64,000 nt of DNA from Candidatus Hermodarchaeota archaeon (GTDB lineage: Archaea > Asgardarchaeota > Lokiarchaeia > Sigyniarchaeales > SOKP01): positions 52,698 through 116,697 of the forward strand of contig JBHLLO010000001.1 of the NCBI GenBank assembly GCA_048885535.1. The letters are read 5' to 3'. The notes beneath the pieces were generated by a model. That model worked only from the letters and a program-made list of their open reading frames with translations. It searched no databases and had not been told where the DNA came from. Below, piece by piece: positions 8,928 to 19,191 of this stretch. Made by a program: the position numbers and the translations under genes. Each line of letters starts with the position of its first letter. The first letter of the stretch is position 1.

Positions 8928-10592
8928 ATGATAATTGTAAGCTTAATTTTATTCACAATTTTATCTATTGGGGTATGCACCTTCATACATTCTAATCATC
9001 ATCCAGTAAAAGAGTTTAAAGTCAACGAATTTTTAAAACTAAAATTAGAAAATGGAAAAACAAATATTTATGTAAAAAACCGGGTATTTAGACAGTGTAT
9101 GTATTTACTCTTGAACATTCCTAAGGATAAAATTCATAAGTATGATCATATTGAATCAATTGATGAAGCTGCAGAATCATTAGATAGATCAATGGAGAGA
9201 GATTTTAGAGTTAGAAGTCAAATTACACCTGAGGAAGAATTTTTAGGACATTGTTCCAATATTCAAGCTTGGGCTGATAATGACTACGATACTCGCATAT
9301 TACATAGAAATCTAGCATTCCCTCTCTTAAAAAGGCTAGCCGATATTGGAGACCCCCTTGCTATGAAAAGATTTAAAGAAGAGGTTGCAATTAGATATGC
9401 TAGTGGTTATCCCTCAGTAATGCAGTATTTAACTCAACGTGGTTATTTAAATTACCTTACTAGTGAAGAGTTTGAAAGTATTATTAATGATATAGAATCT
9501 CCTTTAATTACTGATATCAGTAAGAAAATAAATTTATACTTAAATCAATCTGATAATGCAAATGTAATTAAGGAAATATCTTATTCTATAGGGGGTTTAT
9601 TAAAGACTCTTAAATTTAAGCATAGTTATCTATTATTAACTCGAGTTTTAAAAGAAATACCAGAAGAAGCTAGACAAAAATTTATAGAAATTATTTGTTA
9701 TAATTTTCAAAGTAGTAAGAGTTTTCCAATGCTAGACTTTGTAAAATCCATCGAAAATCATTATAATAATATAAAATTAAATTACATCTGTTATGAAAGT
9801 AAGTTTATTGGATTTTTAACAGGAAATAAATTAAATTTGAGACAAAGGGGAATAACTGAGTTCGAAAAAGTTGAAGGAATTCGAAAAAATGCCAATGAGG
9901 TTGAAGAAATTGATTTAAGCAAAAATCACATATCAAAAGTTAAAGGTTTTGAGGAATTCTTAAATTTACATACTTTAAAGTTAAATTACAACAATATAAG
10001 AGAAATTAATGGATTGGAGCTATGTGAAAAACTTAGAATTTTAGAACTTAATAATAATCAAATTTCATCTTTAGATAGTCTAAATAAGTTAAAATATTTA
10101 GAAAAGCTGTCAATTAGGAATAATTCAATTGAGGAAATTAGTGAAATAAGTAGCCTTAAACACTTAGAGTTTCTTGATCTTTCAGGAAATATTGGTATTA
10201 GTAAGATACCAGAAATGTTAAAAGATCATCCTTCATTAAAGATATTAAAATTATCTGGGTGCCCCCTAAGCAAGTATACTGAATCAACATCAAAATTCTT
10301 CTGGATGGAAGCTAATTATAGTTATTATTCAAATTTTTCCTCAAAGGATATCCTCCAATATCAACATACCTTTAATAAAAATGCTCTTTATGGTAATAGA
10401 TTATATAAACATTTTGTGAAGTGGTTACTAAATATTCAATCAATCAAAATGAAATTTAAATGTGGTTATAAAACTATTAATCAATATGAGATTGAAAGTA
10501 ATAAGAGTGCAATTTGGAACGGTAAACCAACAAAAGCATTTATAACTTGGTTAGAAAACAAGAAACAAACTAGAATTACTGACTTTTTATAA
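8928..10592 (+). CDS. Leucine-rich repeat protein (Lokiarchaeal family)
   Basis: Six or more LxxLxLxxNxI repeats; N-terminal EFKVNEFLKLKLENGKTNIYV...FxGHCSNIQAW module. Confidence 0.85.
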   Translation: MIIVSLILFTILSIGVCTFIHSNHHPVKEFKVNEFLKLKLENGKTNIYVKNRVFRQCMYLLLNIPKDKIHKYDHIESIDEAAESLDRSMERDFRVRSQITPEEEFLGHCSNIQAWADNDYDTRILHRNLAFPLLKRLADIGDPLAMKRFKEEVAIRYASGYPSVMQYLTQRGYLNYLTSEEFESIINDIESPLITDISKKINLYLNQSDNANVIKEISYSIGGLLKTLKFKHSYLLLTRVLKEIPEEARQKFIEIICYNFQSSKSFPMLDFVKSIENHYNNIKLNYICYESKFIGFLTGNKLNLRQRGITEFEKVEGIRKNANEVEEIDLSKNHISKVKGFEEFLNLHTLKLNYNNIREINGLELCEKLRILELNNNQISSLDSLNKLKYLEKLSIRNNSIEEISEISSLKHLEFLDLSGNIGISKIPEMLKDHPSLKILKLSGCPLSKYTESTSKFFWMEANYSYYSNFSSKDILQYQHTFNKNALYGNRLYKHFVKWLLNIQSIKMKFKCGYKTINQYEIESNKSAIWNGKPTKAFITWLENKKQTRITDFL

Positions 10593-10603
10593 ATTAATCT
10601 TTA

Positions 10604-11560
10604 TTATGAATAATCTAACATTTTTTCAATCGGTTCTAGGGCTCTTTTAGCTATTTCAGAAGGGACCTTCACTTCAAAAGGATTCTCGGCTAGATTTTCC
10701 AAAATATATTTAATTAATTCAAGATTATGCTTTTTCATATTGTAACAAATCAATTTATCTTTAGCTAGATATAACTTTTGACTTGGAAAATCTTCCTGCA
10801 AACGATTTAATAATCCAACTTCGGTTCCTATTATGAATTCATCAAATTTTGAAGAATTCTCCTTAACAAAATTATACATACGCGTTGTAGAACCTACAAA
10901 ATCTGCTAGTTCTCTTACTTTTCTTATACATTCTGGATGAACAAGAACTTTTGCTTGAGGATATTTAGCTTTGATAATAATAATGTCATTTTCAGTTATT
11001 TGTGAATGTACATAACAATGTCCATTCTCAGGCATTTTTATAGTTTTAACGTTAGATAACTGTTCAGCATAGTCTGCTAAGTTTGCATCCGGCCCAAATA
11101 ACACAGAATTAACATCATATTCTCTACTAATCTCTTCAACGACCTTTACAGCATTAGATGATGTACAACAGACATCTGACTCTGCTTTCACTGCAGCAGT
11201 TGAGTTTACATACATTACTACAGGGTGATCAGGAAATTTCCTTTTGAAATCTATAACTTTTTCAGGAGTTAGAAAAGCTGCCATAGGACAGCAAGATTCT
11301 GGATTTGGGATTAAAACATGCTTATCTTGGTTTAGAATTGATGCTGTTTCTGCCATGAAGTCCACTCCTGCAAAGATAATATATTTCGTATCAACCTTAT
11401 CCTTAGCTATACGAGATAAACCAAGGGAGTCACCTAAATAATCTGCTATTTGTTGTATTTCAATAGGTTGATAATAGTGTCCTAAAATAGTCACATCATT
11501 TACTTTTTTTAATCTTAAAATCTCTTCTTGGAGTTCATTCACTTTCAATTCTTTCATCAC
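10604..11560 (-). CDS. nadA: Quinolinate synthase A
   Basis: HYYQ, GDSLGL, FMAETA, CPMA, YVNS, CTSSNA, CYVH, HPEC, GTEVG. Confidence 0.97.
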   Translation of the reverse strand: MMKELKVNELQEEILRLKKVNDVTILGHYYQPIEIQQIADYLGDSLGLSRIAKDKVDTKYIIFAGVDFMAETASILNQDKHVLIPNPESCCPMAAFLTPEKVIDFKRKFPDHPVVMYVNSTAAVKAESDVCCTSSNAVKVVEEISREYDVNSVLFGPDANLADYAEQLSNVKTIKMPENGHCYVHSQITENDIIIIKAKYPQAKVLVHPECIRKVRELADFVGSTTRMYNFVKENSSKFDEFIIGTEVGLLNRLQEDFPSQKLYLAKDKLICYNMKKHNLELIKYILENLAENPFEVKVPSEIAKRALEPIEKMLDYS

Positions 11561-11561
11561 C

Positions 11562-12782
11562 TCACAAAATTAGATTGAATTTTTTAGCAATTTCAAGGAA
11601 TGAGTTTGCGAAGTGTTTTACTTGTTCCCATGTTAGACCGTATATGTTAAATTTCAGTTCTTTGGAAATCCCTGGGGCCAATCCTATAATTCCCCTCTCT
11701 TTAAATTCTTGTCTAACAAAAAAGCCTTTTCGTGGATGAGTTTTAGCAACTTCAGCGAATGAATCTGTTTTAATATTTGTTAAAGGATGAATTTTTGGTA
11801 ATTTACCTTGAACTTCAATACCTCTTACTTTTTTGATGTTTTCAATTACAAAATTTGCCTTCTTGGATTCTTGAATGATATTTTCTCTTTTAGTTCGTTT
11901 TACAATTGTAGGAAAACTTGCCATTAAAGTAATTAGAGGTGCTCCATAAACGGGAGGGCATCCCATTAAGGTACAAATTTTGTTTGGAAATGATTTACTT
12001 GTTAAATTTCCTTGGATCTGGGAACTTACCATAATATCATTATAATATTCATTACTAAATCCAAGAAGTCCGATTGGACCAGAAGCTGCCATAGATTTAT
12101 GACCACTACATGCGATAAAGTCTATATTATTAGTTTTACAATCAATTGGTAAAACTCCTGCTGAATAAGCCGCATTCAAAAGAAAGGGTACTTCGTAATC
12201 TCGGCATATATCACCTATCGGTTTGGGATCGTTAAAATTTCCGTACTTATAATCAACATGGGTTAATATAACTAATAATGGTAATTGTCCCGTTTCTTTC
12301 TTAACAGCATCGATTGTCTCTTTATAATCAGTACTATTAATTATAAACTCTGGTTCTCCAGAATTAGGAACTTCTCTGACTTCTAAATTATTTGACTCGA
12401 TTGCTAAATAAGTTGTATAGTGAGCTAGACTATCTATAATTATCACTTTTCTTTTTGGATATCTTTTTGATAAAGATTCTATTATAAGTCGTTTTGATTC
12501 TCTTGCGGCTGCGGTTGGAATTACTTTATCAATGTTTAAAAAATTAGCCATATCAACTAAAAAATCAATAACTGGTGGATTTTCAATTTCGTCGATTCTA
12601 CCTTTAAGGCAATTATCACAAATTGAATAGCCATCTCCAAATTTTATTAACGCTTTAAACGCTTCTTTTGTTAATAGACCTCCTCTCTGAATAGGATGAA
12701 CATTTATGAACTCTTCATTAACAAATCGAGAAAGATTAGAATATTTTTGAACGAGAGAATTATTATATTCGATTTTATTCAT
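11562..12782 (-). CDS. pscS: O-phosphoseryl-tRNA:Cys-tRNA synthase (SepCysS)
   Basis: PIQRGG, GDGYSICDNC, HYTTY, LLNAAY, PLP lysine motif SGHKSMAASGPIG. Confidence 0.93.
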   Translation of the reverse strand: MNKIEYNNSLVQKYSNLSRFVNEEFINVHPIQRGGLLTKEAFKALIKFGDGYSICDNCLKGRIDEIENPPVIDFLVDMANFLNIDKVIPTAAARESKRLIIESLSKRYPKRKVIIIDSLAHYTTYLAIESNNLEVREVPNSGEPEFIINSTDYKETIDAVKKETGQLPLLVILTHVDYKYGNFNDPKPIGDICRDYEVPFLLNAAYSAGVLPIDCKTNNIDFIACSGHKSMAASGPIGLLGFSNEYYNDIMVSSQIQGNLTSKSFPNKICTLMGCPPVYGAPLITLMASFPTIVKRTKRENIIQESKKANFVIENIKKVRGIEVQGKLPKIHPLTNIKTDSFAEVAKTHPRKGFFVRQEFKERGIIGLAPGISKELKFNIYGLTWEQVKHFANSFLEIAKKFNLIL

Positions 12783-12929
12783 CTTCCTAATTATTAATTT
12801 ATTAAAACATATTCTTTGATTAGAAATAGTGTTTTACTTTATAAAAATTAAAACATTATACCTCATCACAAAATTATATTATTTGTTGTTAACTCTTATT
12901 CAAAAAGCAGAACTTTTAAGTGATAAAAT

Positions 12930-13478
12930 TTGCCAATTATAATGCCAAGTCCTCAAACAGGTAAAACTCCCCAAATACATGAAACTGTATATATTGCACC
13001 TACAGCTATTATAATAGGTGATGTTACTATAGATAAAGGGAGTAATATTTGGTTTGGGGCTGTACTCAGAGGAGATTGGGGTACAATTATTATCGGAAAG
13101 AACACTAGTGTGCAAGAAAACGTTACAATCCATAATGAAATGGGCTCAACAGTTAAAATTGGTGATAATTGCATAATTGGTCATCATGCTATGGTTCATG
13201 GACCATGTACAATTGAAAATGGATGTGTAGTAGGTATTGGATCTAACGTTTTACACAGATCCAGGATGGGAGAAGGCTCCCAAATTGGTGCTGGAGCAGT
13301 ATTAGTTAATAAAGAGATTCCACCAAGAGTTTTAGCTGTTGGGGTTCCTGCAGAAATCAAGAAAGAATTACCACAAACAGGTAAACTAGTTGGAGAAAAA
13401 ACATCTGATGAATATGCTAAAAATGGAAAAAATTTCAAGGAGTTTTATAGGAAAAATCCTCAGTATCTCAAATGGTAA
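12930..13478 (+). CDS. Gamma carbonic anhydrase family hexapeptide-repeat protein
   Basis: IWFGAVLRGD, VQENVTIH, IGHHAMVHG. Confidence 0.92.
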   Translation: MPIIMPSPQTGKTPQIHETVYIAPTAIIIGDVTIDKGSNIWFGAVLRGDWGTIIIGKNTSVQENVTIHNEMGSTVKIGDNCIIGHHAMVHGPCTIENGCVVGIGSNVLHRSRMGEGSQIGAGAVLVNKEIPPRVLAVGVPAEIKKELPQTGKLVGEKTSDEYAKNGKNFKEFYRKNPQYLKW

Positions 13479-13681
13479 TCTTTTCTCTTTTTTTTAAAAG
13501 TCATCTTAGTATAAAATATCTCTGTATTATCATTGCTTTTAAGGAAATTTAACCTACTAAATTCAAAAATCTAAAAAAAATAAATTAAATTCCTCTAAAA
13601 TATTTATATATTTAAAAGGATTAAGTTATAATTATAGAAATCTAGAACTCTAATAAATTAAAAAAACTAGGTTAGGTTTTA

Positions 13682-14251
13682 ATGAATTTTATAAAAACAT
13701 TTCTCGTATCGTTATTAATTTATCTAGGATTGAATCTGGTCTTCGCTTTTATAATGGTATATACCAATCCAATATTAGCTGCCCAACCAGATGCAGGGCT
13801 TCTTATAATAGCGATGATGTTTGGTCCTATTACAATATCTCCAGTGAATGCTTGGGTACATTTTCCTCTCCCTCTTGGTTATCCTTATAATTCTGGAATC
13901 GTTGGTATTATAGAAACAATCTCTCTTGGAGGAGATTATTTGGCAGCTATAATAATGTTTCTTTACTTGGTAATTCCTCCATTAATGTCAGTTATAATCG
14001 GAGGAGTCGTAGCAGATAGTACCACTATTGCTTTTGGATCTTGGTTTCTTATCGCAATTATCTCCACAGCAGCTTTTGCTATACTAATCGGTACTATGGG
14101 AACTAGTCCATCCATCTTTATTATGTTTACTAATCACCTAATATGGCTAAACGGGCCAACAGATTTATATATTGCACTGGTTTTAACAGGTTTAATTAAT
14201 GCTTTCGTGTATGGGTGTATTTCATTCCTAGTTACTAGAAAAAAGCTTTAA
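13682..14251 (+). CDS. Membrane protein
   Basis: About 5 hydrophobic segments. Confidence 0.7.
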   Translation: MNFIKTFLVSLLIYLGLNLVFAFIMVYTNPILAAQPDAGLLIIAMMFGPITISPVNAWVHFPLPLGYPYNSGIVGIIETISLGGDYLAAIIMFLYLVIPPLMSVIIGGVVADSTTIAFGSWFLIAIISTAAFAILIGTMGTSPSIFIMFTNHLIWLNGPTDLYIALVLTGLINAFVYGCISFLVTRKKL

Positions 14252-14293
14252 ATTATGAAATAAATTAAAAATTTTCTTTTTTTCCTTTATACT

Positions 14294-15040
14294 TCATTGG
14301 TTCGAGCAAAGGCATTGTTCACTTTTAACAAGATCTATTTTATCAAACGTAAGATTAATTAGATTAACCATAAGTAACTTGTTTTCTAAATTGGGAAGTC
14401 CTAATGTTGTTTTGATAACCTCAAGAGCTTCTAAAGTACCTAAAACACCCGGGGTTACTCCAATTACTGGTAAAGGGTCTGATTCTTGAGGTAATATTTC
14501 TGGTTCACTGAAAACGCATTGGTAGCATGCTGTTCTTTTTGGATTGATTGTCATTATTTGACCATAGAAATCTTTAATTCCAGCTATTACACATTTTAAG
14601 TTTGCTTCAATCGCGATTTTATTTACTAAAAATTTAGTTTTAAAATTATCACTACAATCTACAATAAAATCTTTATTATCAATATATTTTTTAATTGTTT
14701 TTTCCTCTACATAATCTTTATTTACAATAATTTTTACCTCAGAATTAAAATTCAATAGGACTTTTTCAGCAGCATCAACCTTATCCTTGCCAATTTGAGT
14801 CTCATTATAGAGAATCTGACGTTGTAAATTCGAAATTGAAACGATATCATTATCTATTATTGTAAGTTCTCCTATACCTGCTGCAACTAAGTAATAAGCA
14901 AATGGTGATCCCAAACCTCCAGCCCCAATTTGGAGTACTCTAATCTTTGATAATTTTTCTTGACCTTCTTCACCAATAGAAGGAGACAAAATTTGTCTTG
15001 AATATCTTTCTTTTTGCTTCTTAGTAAGAAACTTAATCAC
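14294..15040 (-). CDS. HesA/MoeB/ThiF family adenylyltransferase (E1-like)
   Basis: RYSRQI, GAGGLG, SNLQRQIL, DCSDNF, CYQC. Confidence 0.93.
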   Translation of the reverse strand: MIKFLTKKQKERYSRQILSPSIGEEGQEKLSKIRVLQIGAGGLGSPFAYYLVAAGIGELTIIDNDIVSISNLQRQILYNETQIGKDKVDAAEKVLLNFNSEVKIIVNKDYVEEKTIKKYIDNKDFIVDCSDNFKTKFLVNKIAIEANLKCVIAGIKDFYGQIMTINPKRTACYQCVFSEPEILPQESDPLPVIGVTPGVLGTLEALEVIKTTLGLPNLENKLLMVNLINLTFDKIDLVKSEQCLCSNQ

Positions 15041-15407
15041 CTTTCATGAAATTTTTTACTTTTTTTAAGCATTCTTCAATTTCAATGAAAATTAAGCCCA
15101 AATCTATGTTAAGATCAACAACTGATACTATTATACTATCCTCATCAATAGAGAGCATAATTAATTGGTAATCATTATATTCCACCGTTATATTGATTAA
15201 TTTGTCAATTAATGTTGAGATAGCGCTTTCCATGGCTCCAAAGGTAGTCGCTGCCATTGCTCCTAATTTTCTCTCATCAATATTTCTAGGTAAATTAGAG
15301 ATAATTGTAAGACCATTACGATTAACTATAGCTGCTCCGATAATTCCATTTACTAGTTCTAGCTTTTCCAATTCTTTATGAAGATTTTCCAATGAAATTG
15401 AATTCAT
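15033..15407 (-). CDS. Roadblock/LC7 domain protein
   Basis: GIIGAAIVNRNGLTIIS, LGAMAA, C-terminal DLGLIFIEI. Confidence 0.88.
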   Translation of the reverse strand: MNSISLENLHKELEKLELVNGIIGAAIVNRNGLTIISNLPRNIDERKLGAMAATTFGAMESAISTLIDKLINITVEYNDYQLIMLSIDEDSIIVSVVDLNIDLGLIFIEIEECLKKVKNFMKGD

Positions 15408-15508
15408 TTATATTGGAATTATAAAATAATGATTAATAGTATGTATGAATTATATTATTTTGAATGTAAAGTTTCTGTTAAAAATTAAGTATAAAAACAA
15501 ATTCCTAA

Positions 15509-15709
15509 CTATCTATAGAATCCTTTGTTCCCATTAAATGGACGATATCTATTTCTCCAACTAGGTTGTCTTAACTTGGTTGTTCTACCAAAACCACAAC
15601 TTGCACAAAACCTTTTCCTCCTGTGATAACTATGCTTACCACATCTCCGACATGTTTTATGAGATGCTGCTTTACCTTTTTTTCCCTTACTTGGAGTCCC
15701 CTTACCCAT
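15509..15709 (-). CDS. rpl37e: 50S ribosomal protein L37e
   Basis: KGTPS, CRRCG, CASCGFG. Confidence 0.96.
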   Translation of the reverse strand: MGKGTPSKGKKGKAASHKTCRRCGKHSYHRRKRFCASCGFGRTTKLRQPSWRNRYRPFNGNKGFYR

Positions 15710-15722
15710 TTATACCCATCTC

Positions 15723-16037
15723 CTAACTCTCTTCGCTTTCTTCTCTGTACATTAATTTATCTTCATCATTTTCAGAGAAAATCAATTTTTCTCGGTCTTG
15801 ACCAATAAAAATTACTGAAGCCCCTCTTATCATAACTTTTCCGAGATCTTTACTCCTTTTACCGCCACGACCAAAATAGATTTCTTTTGCATCATCAACA
15901 ATCAAATTCATATAATTATCAAACATCTCTAATTTCCCAGTTAAATACGTGTTCCAGATCTTTAACTTAATACGAACTTCCGGTTTCAAAATTGCTTTGC
16001 TTAAAGTTCTGTGAATTGTTTGCTGAGACATTTTCAA
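15723..16037 (-). CDS. Sm-like (LSm) RNA-binding protein
   Basis: Sm1 GKLEMFDNYMNLIV and Sm2 LGKVMIRGASV; sits directly upstream of rpl37e as in many archaea. Confidence 0.88.
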   Translation of the reverse strand: MKMSQQTIHRTLSKAILKPEVRIKLKIWNTYLTGKLEMFDNYMNLIVDDAKEIYFGRGGKRSKDLGKVMIRGASVIFIGQDREKLIFSENDEDKLMYREESEES

Positions 16038-16159
16038 AATAAGAAAATAATTTGAATATCCTAATAAATGTAGTAAAAATATAAATATTTTTTTATTCTA
16101 AAGGATTTAATTAACCAATTAAACTAACCTTATACATTTAAATTAGACGGAAATTAGAA

Positions 16160-17197
16160 ATGAAGAAGATTGGGATATTTGACAGTGGCGTAGAAACTCC
16201 AGAAGAAATTATCATGGCCGCAAATTTTATACCTTTCAGACTTTTCGGTGATCCTTCTATAGAACCTGATAAAGCAAATGAACATATTCCACCAACTCAT
16301 TGCATATGGACCAGGAATCTTCTTGAACGTGCGATTAATGGACTAGATGATGATATTATCGGCATTATAGGAACACACGGCTGTGATCGAACAAACAGAG
16401 AATTTGATATTTGGATAGAATGTTTAAATCTTGATTTCATGTTTTTCCTTAATTCACCCCGAAAGAGAGATAATCTTGCATTGAAGTTCTTTATCGATGA
16501 TATGAAAGAGTTAATCGTTCAGTTAGAAGAAAAATTTCAAATAAAAATTAGTTTGGACAAAATTAAAGATTCCATCAAATTAATGAATAGAATTAGGGTT
16601 CTTTTAAAAAATCTATCTGAGTTTAGAAAAGAGATGAAATTAGAAGGATCTGAGTTTCATTCGTTGGTAAAAGCATCTCAACAGGAAGATAAGAATATAG
16701 TAATAAATCAATTGGAATCTAAATTAGAGGAATTCAAAAGAAGAGAATCATTTGAAAATAAGAAATTTAAAAATATCTTGTTAACCGGTTCAGAGATAGA
16801 TGATACGGAATTCATTAAATATCTTGAAGATTTAGGGTTCCATATTATCATCGATGATCTTGGGGTAGGCACTAAATATTTTTGGAATACCGTGAAAGAA
16901 AATGGGAATCCAGTAGAAAATTTAGCTGAGTATCATTTAACAAAGCCAATTAATTCGATAAAGTTTCCAGCATATGAAAGATTTGAAGTCTTGAAAAATT
17001 TAGCTATTGACTATAACGTCGATGGAGTAATTAATATTGCTCAAAAATTCTGCGAACCGGTGTTGTATGATCATCCCTTCTTAAATAAGAAATTTAAAGA
17101 GTTGGATATCCCGTATTTATTCGTAGAAGTCACCTATAATCGAGAATCTTATAAACAATTATCTACTAGATTTTCTGCCTTCGCAGAGATAATTTAG
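16160..17197 (+). CDS. 2-hydroxyacyl-CoA dehydratase / benzoyl-CoA reductase subunit (HgdB/BcrC-like)
   Basis: PEEIIMAA, HGCD, VDGVI, KFCEP, STRFSAF. Confidence 0.85.
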   Translation: MKKIGIFDSGVETPEEIIMAANFIPFRLFGDPSIEPDKANEHIPPTHCIWTRNLLERAINGLDDDIIGIIGTHGCDRTNREFDIWIECLNLDFMFFLNSPRKRDNLALKFFIDDMKELIVQLEEKFQIKISLDKIKDSIKLMNRIRVLLKNLSEFRKEMKLEGSEFHSLVKASQQEDKNIVINQLESKLEEFKRRESFENKKFKNILLTGSEIDDTEFIKYLEDLGFHIIIDDLGVGTKYFWNTVKENGNPVENLAEYHLTKPINSIKFPAYERFEVLKNLAIDYNVDGVINIAQKFCEPVLYDHPFLNKKFKELDIPYLFVEVTYNRESYKQLSTRFSAFAEII

Positions 17198-17206
17198 AGG
17201 TGAATT

Positions 17207-18463
17207 ATGTCCAAAATAGAACATAAAAAAATGTTGGATGCCACCCAAGGTTTAAAAAATGTTATGGGTCGCCACTTTTTAGCAATTGAACAAGCGTATA
17301 GAGACGGAAAACCAACTGCATGGGCAACTTCTGGGGCTCCCGTTGAAATGCTATACGCAATGGATGTTCAACCAATCTTGCCTGAAAATAGCGCCACAAT
17401 AAGTGCTGCCCAAAAATTTTCGCAAAATTTCATAGAAATAGCTGAACAGGAAGGCTATTCCTACGATTTATGCTCGTATTTCAAAACAAATGTGGGAGCG
17501 GTGGTAAGTAACGCAGATATGGCAAAAGGAGGGACAAGAAAACCTACATTTATGTTATCTGCTGATGTGATCTGCGATACACATGTTAATTGGTTTGAAG
17601 TTCAAGCTGAGCGATTTGGTGTGCCACATTATACGATTGATGTTCCTCATGTTGTGAGCAACCTTACTAACAGGCAATATAACTATTTCAAAAAATATAT
17701 TGTTGAACAATTATACGAATTTCTTGATTTTATGCAGGAAGTCACTGGACATGAATATAGTGAAAAGAAGACTCTTGAGGTAACTCAGAATTCATGGGAT
17801 TTGAGTATGATATGGCAAGATATATACGAATTAAGAAAGAATGTCCCGTGTCCAATTTCTACGCGTGATACTTTTGGAGGTCTGTTTCCTCTGTTCACAA
17901 TGCCTGGCTTAAAAGCTCCTATTAAATTATACAAAAGGATGTATCAAGAAGCAAAACAGCGTGTTGATAACGGCATAGGAGCTTTAGAAAATGAGGAGTT
18001 TCGTTTACTTTTTGAAGGTATCCCGTTCTGGTACAACTTAAAGTATTTCTCCATGCTCGAAAGATATGGAGCCATTATAGTTTATGAACCTTATACTTAT
18101 GCTTTTAGTAAATACATGAATCCAAAAGTCACAAAAGAAATGGTCTTTAATGAACCAATAGAGGCTATGTCTGAATTGATGTTAAGTTTCTGGTATATAT
18201 ATGACTTGCAGACTCGAATTAGTAAGTTTGAAGAAACTGTACGAGAATGGAAGATTGATGGAGTGCTATTGCATAATAATATGTCATGTCGACCAAACTC
18301 ATGTGGATTATATGATTTAAAACGACATCTTATGGATGATTATGATATTCCTTGCCTTATCATTGATGCGGACATGAACGATCCGCGTAAACTGAATGCA
18401 GAACAAGTTACAAACCAAATTGAAAGCTTCATAGAGTTATTAAAAGCAAGAAGAAAAAGATAA
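17207..18463 (+). CDS. 2-hydroxyacyl-CoA dehydratase / benzoyl-CoA reductase subunit (HgdA/BcrB-like)
   Basis: PEN, DLCSY, ICD, IDGV...SCRP, DADMNDPR. Confidence 0.85.
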   Translation: MSKIEHKKMLDATQGLKNVMGRHFLAIEQAYRDGKPTAWATSGAPVEMLYAMDVQPILPENSATISAAQKFSQNFIEIAEQEGYSYDLCSYFKTNVGAVVSNADMAKGGTRKPTFMLSADVICDTHVNWFEVQAERFGVPHYTIDVPHVVSNLTNRQYNYFKKYIVEQLYEFLDFMQEVTGHEYSEKKTLEVTQNSWDLSMIWQDIYELRKNVPCPISTRDTFGGLFPLFTMPGLKAPIKLYKRMYQEAKQRVDNGIGALENEEFRLLFEGIPFWYNLKYFSMLERYGAIIVYEPYTYAFSKYMNPKVTKEMVFNEPIEAMSELMLSFWYIYDLQTRISKFEETVREWKIDGVLLHNNMSCRPNSCGLYDLKRHLMDDYDIPCLIIDADMNDPRKLNAEQVTNQIESFIELLKARRKR

Positions 18464-18526
18464 AAAGGCAATAATTAATAAAGTCAGGAAGAGAGTGAGA
18501 ATAATGCTGTTAGTATTGAAGAAATT

Positions 18527-19105
18527 TCAAATTTTGAAAAAACGGACATGGTAAAATATTTGTTTTTCTTTTTTATGGGAGTTTATCTCACCCTTTTTAA
18601 CTAAATTATCCAAAATTTTTTTAAGTTTTTCTTGTGTTAAATCGAAATCTTTTATTTCTGCACATCGGTTATATATGCTTTCAGATGTAAAAGCCTTGTC
18701 CTCATTCTCTTTTAGATAATCAAAAATAATTTCTTCTATATGTTTATGCTTTTTTAATTTCAGGTGTTTTCTAATCGTAAAAAATAGACCAATGCCTCCC
18801 AATAAAATCAGAGTTAATCCGATATATATCATAATTATATTTTGAAAAAAAACATAAAAGTAAAATAGTATAAACATTAATCCAGAGCTTAAGATTACAC
18901 CCCAACCTGCTATCTTATCTCCATCTTTTTTTCCAAGTGTTTTTCTAAGCAGTAACCCTAATATCCCATCAATTACACAAAAAACACCAAGAATAACTAA
19001 AAAGTCAATGCTAATAAAAAATCCAAGCATGATAAGAATTATTCCGATAACAAGAAATGCATACCATCCTAATAACCAAAATATTCCATAAAGTGCTAAT
19101 TGCAC
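18527..19105 (-). CDS. Membrane protein with C-terminal winged-helix-like domain
   Basis: 4-5 TM segments followed by IIFDYLKEN...ILDNLVKKGEI...FY. Confidence 0.65.
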   Translation of the reverse strand: MQLALYGIFWLLGWYAFLVIGIILIMLGFFISIDFLVILGVFCVIDGILGLLLRKTLGKKDGDKIAGWGVILSSGLMFILFYFYVFFQNIIMIYIGLTLILLGGIGLFFTIRKHLKLKKHKHIEEIIFDYLKENEDKAFTSESIYNRCAEIKDFDLTQEKLKKILDNLVKKGEINSHKKEKQIFYHVRFFKI

Positions 19106-19191
19106 AAGATCACTAATATTTAATCCTCCTCTTTTTAGAGTCTAGATATATGTAAATTACAATATTGAGTATTTTAATAAAAGACTAGATG

